Assembly (NCBI GenBank): GCA_963741965.1
Contig: CAVUKC010000002.1
Span: 1,378,004 to 1,442,003 of the forward strand
Length of the DNA: 64,000 nt
Direction of reading: 5' to 3'
Source: an uncultured Chloroflexia bacterium
GTDB lineage: Bacteria; Chloroflexota; Chloroflexia; Thermomicrobiales; UBA6265
Position 1 is the first letter of the stretch, and each line of letters starts with the position of its first letter. Below the pieces are notes generated by a model. That model made no database searches. It was not told where the DNA came from and saw nothing but the letters and a program-made list of their open reading frames with translations. The position numbers and the translations under genes were made by a program. Below, piece after piece: positions 40,315 through 49,849 of this stretch.

Positions 40315-40782
40315 GGCGAGCCTCCAGTTGCACAGCGGGGCATCTGCCCCGATCACCCACACGGTAGCGAAGGACGCGTCACAGGCGCGAGACACCACTG
40401 CGCCAGTCATTACAGGTGCGTGTCATCCTTCCCGGCAGGTCGTGCCAGGCCCGTGACGGCGTCCGTCGCGCACCGCAGGACCGGCGGATCGCCTGTCATT
40501 CACTGGTGTTTCGGCTCCCCACCATCTCCACTCGATGGTCACGGCAAGTTGTCATGGTTTTGTGATGGAAGCGATGCCGCGTTTACGTGTCTGACATTGG
40601 GTACCCGGTAATGTTTCCAGTGTCAGGGCAGCCCCCGACACCCCGGGCACGAACCGAACGGCCCGGAGGAGATGTCCCCCAGGGGACACGGGCGGAACAC
40701 CTGCCACGGACGAGCTTCAATGGGACGCTCCGAACGATGAGGAGCGTCAGCGGTCGCCGGGAAGGCGACTGGGAGGTGCGTG

Positions 40783-41637
40783 ATGCGCATTACTCGAAAC
40801 GCGACCTACGCCATGACCGCAATCGCGGTGGCGTTGTTCGTACTCCTCACCTGGGTCTTCGATAGCCTGACGCGATTCGATCTCAGCGGTCCCTGGTTCT
40901 CGCAGGCAAACGAGCGTGGCGAGACGTCCTTCATCGACGGGGTCTTCTATACCTATCTGTTCCTCGCCCTGATCATCGCCGCCGGTGTCTGGCAGGCGAT
41001 GCGCACCCCGGAAGAGGGCATCGAGGTTCACCTCGGGCGCGACCCCGAAACCCCTGGCCAAATCCAGGATCCGTCCTTCTGGCGCCTCATTCTCGGCAAC
41101 ACCTACCTGTCGCTCCTCTGGCTGCCGCTGCGGTTCTACGTCGGTCGTGAGTGGCTGGCCGCTGGTCACCACAAGCTCCAGTCAGACGCCTGGATGAGTG
41201 GTGGCACGGGTCTCAAGGGGTTCTGGACCGGAGCGCTCACCGGCGGGCCCGAAGGGTCGAGCAAGGCTGCGTACGGCTGGTACCACGACTTCCTGCAGTT
41301 CATGCTGGACCACGAGTGGTACACCTGGTTCGCCAAGCTGATCGCGGTCGGCGAGTTCATGGTCGGGGTCGGTCTGATCTTCGGTGCCCTCGTCGGTATC
41401 GCCGCCTTCTTCGGATCGCTGATGAACATCAGCTTCGTGCTCGCTGGCACCATCAGCTCGAACCCGGTGATGTTCGCCCTGACGGTCTTCCTGGTCCTCG
41501 GTTGGAAGGTTGCTGGCTGGTTCGGTCTCGACCGCTACATCCTCCCGGCACTCGGCACTCCGTGGTCCCGCGGTGAGCTCCTCGGCGGAAAGCCCCAGAC
41601 GGTTGATATCACCGGCGGACACAAGCACTACGCGTAA
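40783..41637 (+). CDS. DoxX/DoxD-like membrane protein
   Basis: Multi-TM protein. The C-terminal 170 aa have a DoxX-like pattern (LRFYVGREWLAAGHHKL..., IAVGEFMVGVGLIFG). The RBS is GGGAGGTG. Confidence 0.72.
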   Translation: MRITRNATYAMTAIAVALFVLLTWVFDSLTRFDLSGPWFSQANERGETSFIDGVFYTYLFLALIIAAGVWQAMRTPEEGIEVHLGRDPETPGQIQDPSFWRLILGNTYLSLLWLPLRFYVGREWLAAGHHKLQSDAWMSGGTGLKGFWTGALTGGPEGSSKAAYGWYHDFLQFMLDHEWYTWFAKLIAVGEFMVGVGLIFGALVGIAAFFGSLMNISFVLAGTISSNPVMFALTVFLVLGWKVAGWFGLDRYILPALGTPWSRGELLGGKPQTVDITGGHKHYA

Positions 41638-41663
41638 GACGCTCGCTCCACGCGAGCAGACAC

Positions 41664-41693
41664 AGCGGGGCCCGGCAGAAGCCGGGCCCCGCT
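41664..41693 (+). terminator. Hairpin terminator after DoxX-like gene
   Basis: AGCGGGGCCCGGC - AGAA - GCCGGGCCCCGCT forms a 13-bp stem followed by a T. Confidence 0.6.
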
Positions 41694-41826
41694 TCGCGTC
41701 CGCTGATCACACCGCACGTCCACAACGGAGAAGCGTGGCACGCCCTCTGCGTTCGCCCGGCGCATGACACCGACTCGAAGGTGTCACCGACGAGGCGCAA
41801 ATGCGCCGCAGCGGAGGGTCATCATC

Positions 41827-42603
41827 ATGGATAGCGATCTCACCCAGTTCCGGCCCCGCAAGGGTATGGATGTCTACGGCGCCGACAACGACAAGATCGG
41901 CGAGATCGACGCCGTCGAACAGGACCACTTCGTCGTCCGCAAGGGATTTTTCTTCCCCGAGGACCATTACATCCCGGTCAGCGCCGTTGCCACGTTCGAC
42001 GACGGAGCGGTGTATCTCAACGTGACGAAGGATCAGGCGCTCGAGCAGCAGTGGAACACACCACCGGCCACCACCACGCTGGCAGGGACAGAAGCCGAAA
42101 CCCGTGCAGCTGACCTCAACCAGGTGAACACGACAGCCCAGCCGGGCGCTGGCGGAGGCTACGACCTCGAGGACGTGCCGTCGGACGATGACACCGTTGC
42201 CACCACTGAGAGCACGCTGGAGGACCGGGACAACGTGAGCATCCCGGTACACGAAGAGGATCTGGTCGTCGGGCGCCGCGAAGTCGATCGCGGCTCGGTC
42301 CAGGTCAACAAGAACGTGATCGAGGAAGAGGAGTCGGTTGATGTGCCCCTGACAGAGGAGCGTGTCGACGTGAGCCACCGGCAAGTCGATCGCGACGCCG
42401 CGCCGGGCGAGGACGTCTTCCAGGAGGAGTCGATTGAGGTGCCGGTTCACGGCGAGGAGGTCGACGTGGAGAAGCGCACCCGCGTCACGGGCGAAGTCGA
42501 CATCGACAAGGTTGCTGAGGAGCACACCGAGCGGGTGTCGGATACCGTGCGCCGTGAGGAAGTGACGGTAGACGGCGAGACGGTCGACAGGGACCGTGCC
42601 TGA
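41827..42603 (+). CDS. Stress-protein-like: PRC-barrel/DUF2171-like N-domain plus YsnF/AvaK (DUF2382) C-domain
   Basis: N-domain MDVYGADNDKIGEIDAVEQDHFVVRKG...HYIPVSAV. C-terminal acidic repeats IPVHEEDLVVGRREVDRGSVQV...VPLTEERVDV. GGAGGG lies 8 nt before the ATG. Confidence 0.8.
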   Translation: MDSDLTQFRPRKGMDVYGADNDKIGEIDAVEQDHFVVRKGFFFPEDHYIPVSAVATFDDGAVYLNVTKDQALEQQWNTPPATTTLAGTEAETRAADLNQVNTTAQPGAGGGYDLEDVPSDDDTVATTESTLEDRDNVSIPVHEEDLVVGRREVDRGSVQVNKNVIEEEESVDVPLTEERVDVSHRQVDRDAAPGEDVFQEESIEVPVHGEEVDVEKRTRVTGEVDIDKVAEEHTERVSDTVRREEVTVDGETVDRDRA

Positions 42604-42629
42604 TCACCACGTTCACAGCGGACAGTCAG

Positions 42630-42663
42630 GAGCGGCGGCACCGGGAGTCCGGTGCCGCCGCTC
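42630..42663. terminator. Bidirectional hairpin terminator
   Basis: GAGCGGCGGCACCGG - GAGT - CCGGTGCCGCCGCTC forms a 15-bp perfect stem between the convergent DUF2382 genes. Confidence 0.6.
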
Positions 42664-42684
42664 TCCGTGTCGAAGCCCCGACCG

Positions 42685-43368
42685 CTAGTCGGTCTCCCCC
42701 TGGTTCGGTTCCTCCGCCGTGACGTCAACCACCTCCCGACGCAGCTCCTCATGCACCGTGGTCTGGTTCCGTGCCTGCCGGCGCGTGATGCGCACCTCCT
42801 CAACCAGACGCAGGCGCTTCTCGATCACCAGCACCTCCTCAACGACCGGCACGATGGTCGTTGTCCCCTCCTCCCGGATGCGCGGTGCCTCGTCGATCTC
42901 CTGATCCATCGGGACACGCTGAACGTCGACCTCGTCGTGCACGAGCTCGACCGGCTCATCATGGGTGAAGGTTTCAACCCGCTTGGTGACCACAACGCGA
43001 CCTCGCATCAAGTCCCGTTTGCGCACGTCCAGCTCTTCCTGGACCAGCGGAATCGTGCGATGATGTCCGGTATCGGCTGGAACGATGTCTGGTGACACGT
43101 TTTCGACCTTCTGTTGCCTTCGTTCGGCATGGTCCGGCGCGTACGACGCTGCCAGTGATCTGCCCGGGACCAACGCGATAATCTCCTCGTTGTTCGTCTT
43201 CCCGACGTCGATCTGGCTGACGGGAATCCGAACGAGCCGGTCATCGCTGTCGAGCCGCACCACCAGGGACGCTGGCTCGGTGGCCTCATCGATGTCCACA
43301 AGCGATCCGATGGCAACTCCATCGGCGCCTGTCACACGCGCCTGGGTCCTGAAACGGAATCCGTCCAT
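42685..43368 (-). CDS. YsnF/AvaK (DUF2382) domain protein
   Basis: Contains IPLVQEELDVRKRDLMRGRVVVTKRVE...VELVHDEVDVQRVP...VPVVEEVLVIEKR. ATG 43368 follows GGGAG. Confidence 0.8.
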   Translation of the reverse strand: MDGFRFRTQARVTGADGVAIGSLVDIDEATEPASLVVRLDSDDRLVRIPVSQIDVGKTNNEEIIALVPGRSLAASYAPDHAERRQQKVENVSPDIVPADTGHHRTIPLVQEELDVRKRDLMRGRVVVTKRVETFTHDEPVELVHDEVDVQRVPMDQEIDEAPRIREEGTTTIVPVVEEVLVIEKRLRLVEEVRITRRQARNQTTVHEELRREVVDVTAEEPNQGETD

Positions 43369-43529
43369 ATCGATGCTCCCGATAGTGTGCCCTCCAAACC
43401 GAGTTCCAGCGCACGGTGCAATGCACATGCCAATGGAATCGATCGTGCTGCACACCATTCGGGAATTGCACGACGCCCGGGAGCAAATGACTATAACCAG
43501 CGCTCCCCACCCCGGGAAGGAAGCACACC

Positions 43530-45622
<2,093 letters not shown>

Positions 45623-45629
<7 letters not shown>

Positions 45630-46198
45630 AACGCCAGGAACGCGATCACGACCACCGCGGCGAGTAGCAGCGCGCTCAACAGGAGCACCATCGGCGCACC
45701 CTGCCACCATGGCGACGGTTCCCGCAGGTATCCCTGCGTCACTTGCCCCACTCGCTCCATCGGTGCTGCGGCGCGCGGCGGCGCGATCACCGTCGGGGCG
45801 CGCGGCACGAAGCGACTAGCCGGCTGACTGGCGCTGCGAGGTGCAGTCGTGTGGGTCGGCACACTCGTCGCTTCCCCATTCTCGCCGGTCGCCTCGTCAA
45901 GCCGCGCCTCCACCTCAACGGCGTCATCGTCGCCAGGCAGCTCGCGACGGGTGCGCAGGCCACGGCCCATGTTGCGCAGCCACAGGGGCAGGTCGTCGTC
46001 GATGAGGAATGTGCGGGGATCGATGACCGAGGTATCCGGCTCCGGAAGGCGATCGGCGACGGCAGGCCTGGTCTGGACCACGTCTGCGTCCTCGAGCGTC
46101 CGCCACGCGGGTGGTCGCCGAAGCCAATCCGGCATCGACTCCGACAGCCCGCCGTCCGGGATCGGCGGCATCTTCGCCTCATCGCGCGGGTCGGGCAT
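45623..46198 (-). CDS. Hypothetical tail-anchored membrane protein (Pro/Asp/Arg-rich, C-terminal TM)
   Basis: ATG 46198 has CAGGAGGAA 7 nt upstream, inside the 3' end of dtd. C-terminal TM segment [23 protein letters not shown] recognise no family. Confidence 0.6.
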
Positions 46199-46691
46199 GG
46201 CGCGATTCCTCCTGTGCCTTGCGGGGCCGCTTCATGTCGTCCGAGTCGAGCCAAAGCGTGACAGGGCCATCGTTCGTCAGCGTCACCTGCATCTCGGCGC
46301 CGAACACTCCGGCGCCAACATCGAACCCGGCGTCGCGGAACCAGGCCGCGCAGGCATCGACCATGGGTGAGGCGGTGTCCGGCGCGGCGGCGTGGCTGTA
46401 GCTCGGCCGGCGGCCCTTCCGAAGGTCACCATAGAGCGTGAACTGTGACACCACCAGCATACCCGGTCGCTGCCCGGCGCTCAGGGCATCCAGCGCCGAG
46501 CGGTTCATGCGTCCATTCGCATCGTCCAGGATGCGCAGATTGGCGACCTTCTCGCACATCGCCGGAACGATGTCGGGCGTGTCCCCTTCCCCGATCCCGA
46601 CGAGCAGCGCCATGCCCGGCCCGATCTTCCCGACCGTGCGACCCTCGACCGTAACGCTGGCGCGCGTCACACGCTGGATCAGGATGCGCAT
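46179..46691 (-). CDS. dtd: D-aminoacyl-tRNA deacylase
   Basis: Contains MRILIQRV and SQFTLYGD...KGRRPSY...GVFGAEMQV.L.NDGPVT. It has a short basic C-terminal extension. Confidence 0.9.
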   Translation of the reverse strand: MRILIQRVTRASVTVEGRTVGKIGPGMALLVGIGEGDTPDIVPAMCEKVANLRILDDANGRMNRSALDALSAGQRPGMLVVSQFTLYGDLRKGRRPSYSHAAAPDTASPMVDACAAWFRDAGFDVGAGVFGAEMQVTLTNDGPVTLWLDSDDMKRPRKAQEESRHARPAR

Positions 46692-46698
46692 CGGTCCC

Positions 46699-47199
46699 CT
46701 ACCCCTCGACCGTCGCGGCAATGGTCGCGACCGCGATGGCGGCGACGCCTTCCTCTCGACCGACGAACCCCATCCGCTCGTTCGTCGTCGCCTTCACGCT
46801 GATCTCAGCGGCAGGCAGACCGACACAGGCGCCGATGGATGCCTGCATCCGCTCGAGATGCGGATTGATACGCGGGGCCTCGGCGATCACGGTGACGTCG
46901 ACGTGGATCGGCTCCATGCTCACCTCACCGAGCAGCTCGACGGACCGCTCGACGATCTGCCTGCTGTCCATGTCCTTCCAGCGTGGGTCGGATGGCGGGA
47001 AGTGCCGACCAATATCGCCGAGCGCGGCCGCGCCCAGCAGCGCGTCGGCGATGGCGTGCAACACCACGTCGGCGTCAGAGTGGCCCAGCAGCCCGCGCTC
47101 GTGCGGGATCTCGACCCCACCGAGAATGCAGGGCCGCCCCTCGGCGAACCGATGTACGTCGTAGCCGATACCGGTGCGCGGGATGTCAGGTCGGTACAT
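46699..47199 (-). CDS. ispF: 2-C-methyl-D-erythritol 2,4-cyclodiphosphate synthase
   Basis: Contains GIGYDVHRF, GHSDADVVLHAI and GDIGRHFP. 166 aa. The start lies inside the end of ispD. Confidence 0.93.
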   Translation of the reverse strand: MYRPDIPRTGIGYDVHRFAEGRPCILGGVEIPHERGLLGHSDADVVLHAIADALLGAAALGDIGRHFPPSDPRWKDMDSRQIVERSVELLGEVSMEPIHVDVTVIAEAPRINPHLERMQASIGACVGLPAAEISVKATTNERMGFVGREEGVAAIAVATIAATVEG

Positions 47200-47894
47200 G
47201 GGCGTCTCCTCGTGCCTCGCGCGCGCGCAACAGGGCATCCACCAGCACGAGATCCTCCGGAACCGTGACCTTGATATTGGCATGGTCACCGGGCCGGACG
47301 ACGACCGGCACGCTGGCCGCCTCGAGCAAGCCGGCCTCATCGGTAAAGGCGGTATCGGCCCGGTCCATCTCGCGCAGCAGCAGGTCGATACGATATGCCT
47401 GCGGCGTCTGCGCGGCGCGAAGCACATCACGCGGCACGGTTCCGACGATGCGGTCGCCGTCGACCTCCTTGATCGTGTCGGTGACGGGCACCGCCGCGAT
47501 GGCCGCGCCGTGCTCACGAGCCGCCAGCGCGAGATCGTCGAACATGGCGGCCGTTGCGAGCGGGCGGGCGGCATCGTGAATCACCGCGACTTCGAGACTC
47601 GGCGTCCAGGCGGTCCAGCCCGTTGCGTACGGAGTCCTGCCGGTGGATACCTCCGAGGCAGGTCCGCACCGGCATGCGATCGCGATATTCCGCGGCGAGT
47701 GCCTCGATCGCTGGCCGCGTGTGCTCGCCGCAGACGACGACGATCTCGGAAATCGTCTCACTGCGGCACACCGCATCGAGGCTCCAGGCCAGCAGTGGCC
47801 GTCCCGCCGCAAGGGCGAGCACCTTGCCGGTATCGCCGAACCGCTCGCCGCGGCCGGCGGCGACGATCACGGCGCCAGCAAACCGCTCGTTCAC
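47186..47894 (-). pseudogene. ispD: 2-C-methyl-D-erythritol 4-phosphate cytidylyltransferase, reading frame interrupted as sequenced
   Basis: The N-part (47894 to about 47600) reads AVIVAAGRGERFG...GGIHRQDSVRNGLDRLDAE. The C-part is in the +1 frame (about 47600 to 47186) and reads LEVAVIHDAARP...VPVTDTIK...QTPQ. The break is at GAGTCTCGAAG (47590-47600). Confidence 0.85.
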
Positions 47895-48766
47895 AGCCGA
47901 GCCCCAGCATCGCGGAGGCGCTCGAATACCTCCATTGGCACAGGCGCGGTGCCGAGCTCGCGCCCCTCGCGGAAATTCGGTCCGTGATAGTCCGATCCGC
48001 CGGTCGCAATCAGGCTGCGTGACGCGGCGATATCGCCCAGCACCGCTCGCTGATCAGGGTCGTACTCGCCGTAGTAGACCTCCATACCCTTGAGGCCGAG
48101 CGGGATCAGCCGGTCGAGCACGGCATGGATGTCGCCGGTGGAGTACGGGTGAGCCAGCACAGGCACCGCGTCGTGCTCGACCAGCAGGCGCACGGCTTGC
48201 TCTGCCGTGAACGGCTCTCGCGGCACGAACCCGGGTCGGCCCGGCTTGAGCAATCGCTCGAACGCCTCGTCGACCGACGCCACGACGCCAAGATCCATCA
48301 GCGCGCGTCCAACGTGCGGCCGTCCGATCGAGCCCTCGTCGGCCTGCGCGAGAATCGCGTCGCCATCGATGGGATAACCGGCGTCATGCAGCTTCTCGAT
48401 CATCTTCTGGACGCGCCGGAAGCGGGCCGCGGCAAGAGCATCGAGCTCTGCACGCAGTGATACGCTGGTCGGATCGACACCGTACCCAAGCACGTGGATC
48501 TCTGCGCCGCGCTCGGTTGTCGACAATTCAACGCCGGGCACGATCAGGACGCCCGCCTCGGCAGCATGCCGCGACGCCGCGTCGATTGCGTCGACGGTGT
48601 CGTGATCGGTAATGGCGAGCACGCGCAGGCTACGCTTTGCGGCGAGGTCCACAAGATCGGCCGGCGCGACGGTGCCATCGGAGGCGGTGGTGTGGGCATG
48701 CAGATCAACCGGCCAGAACGCTGCCTCGTCCTGCCGGTTGTGCTGCGCAGAAGCTGGTTCGGTCAT
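47891..48766 (-). CDS. PHP-domain metal-dependent phosphoesterase (TrpH/YciV-like)
   Basis: Contains DLHAHTTASDG, ITDHDT and GGSDYHG. GTGA stop/start overlap with ispD. Confidence 0.88.
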   Translation of the reverse strand: MTEPASAQHNRQDEAAFWPVDLHAHTTASDGTVAPADLVDLAAKRSLRVLAITDHDTVDAIDAASRHAAEAGVLIVPGVELSTTERGAEIHVLGYGVDPTSVSLRAELDALAAARFRRVQKMIEKLHDAGYPIDGDAILAQADEGSIGRPHVGRALMDLGVVASVDEAFERLLKPGRPGFVPREPFTAEQAVRLLVEHDAVPVLAHPYSTGDIHAVLDRLIPLGLKGMEVYYGEYDPDQRAVLGDIAASRSLIATGGSDYHGPNFREGRELGTAPVPMEVFERLRDAGARL

Positions 48767-48783
48767 GGGAGTCCTGCCGGGCG

Positions 48784-49338
48784 CTACCGCGGCTCGATCA
48801 CCAGCCGCATCGCCGTGCGATCCTCGTTCTCGATGGTGACATCGATGAACGCAGGCAGGCAGACGGCATCGATGCCCGTTTCGAGGAGGTAGTCGCGTGC
48901 GATTGCGGCCGCCTTGACGGCCTGGTTCGTGGCGCCGGCGCCGATCGCCTGCACCTCCGCGCGTCCGTACTCGCGCACAACGCCAGCGATCGCGCCGGCG
49001 ACCGCGCTCGGCCGTGACCGGGCCGAGACCTTGAGCACCTCGTCGCCCTGCTCATGGGCATAGGTCCTGGTGACGGCCTCCACCGGGGCATGCCCGTTCT
49101 CGGATACAGGTGCGGGTGCCTCGACGACCGCATGGCCATTCTGAGCTGCCGGTGCCAGAGGCTCTTCGTTCGCTGCCGTCTCCGGCTCGAGAGCAACACG
49201 GTCCTCGTGCGCCGACGCATCGCTGGCGGCTGCCTCGACCTCGGCGGCCTCGACTTCGTCGCCGTCCGGCGGGTAGTGCGACTCTCGCGGGTCGATCTTG
49301 ATGTCGCGAAGGTCGAGCTTGCTGAAGAAACGATTCAT
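48784..49338 (-). CDS. spoVS: SpoVS-like protein with ~98-aa acidic N-terminal extension
   Basis: The C-terminal 86 aa align by eye to SpoVS (LKVSARSRPSAVAGAIAGVVREYGRAEVQAIGAGATNQAVKAAAIAR...PAFIDV...RTAMRLVIEPR). ATG 49338 has GGGGAGGG 9 nt upstream. An alternative internal GTG would give a canonical-length protein. Confidence 0.8.
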   Translation of the reverse strand: MNRFFSKLDLRDIKIDPRESHYPPDGDEVEAAEVEAAASDASAHEDRVALEPETAANEEPLAPAAQNGHAVVEAPAPVSENGHAPVEAVTRTYAHEQGDEVLKVSARSRPSAVAGAIAGVVREYGRAEVQAIGAGATNQAVKAAAIARDYLLETGIDAVCLPAFIDVTIENEDRTAMRLVIEPR

Positions 49339-49849
49339 GAGTGAGGCCCTCCCCAAAGTGTCCTCACGAACCCGATTTTCGGGTGCAGGTATGTCGCCGG
49401 TACCGTCTTCCCCTGTGTGCGCTGCGGGCGGTCCGTTCACCGGACACGCCTGTAGACACCCCTCGGTACCGTGGCGAGAAGCGTTGACGATTGTGCCAAC
49501 AATTCCCTCTGAAATGAGAGTTTACGATGTTATCCCCATCATTACACGTCAAGTGCGAACGCGCCACAAACCCCGCCACGAACGGCAAGTGTCATGTAGT
49601 GATGTTCATGCCGGCGGAATGCGCCTGTCTGCCGGCAGGTGCGCGGGAAAGAGCTGACAGGAATTCCCCAGCGCGCACACCTGCGAACCACGTGCAAACG
49701 ACGACCAGCACCGTGGCTCGCTGGATGCCTTTTCCAAAACAAGCCGAGGTTATTCCCCAAAAGAGTCGCTGTTTTCGAGCGCAGGCAGCACGGTTGTGCT
49801 CCCTGCGCCTGTCGCCTCGACCATGCGTGCATCGGACTCGCGGCAACGG

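Noticed and set aside
49685-49699. parS-like half site GAACCACGTGCAAAC.
   Set aside because: It is not a palindrome, and only the CACGTG core matches the parS consensus. It is also far from both parA genes.
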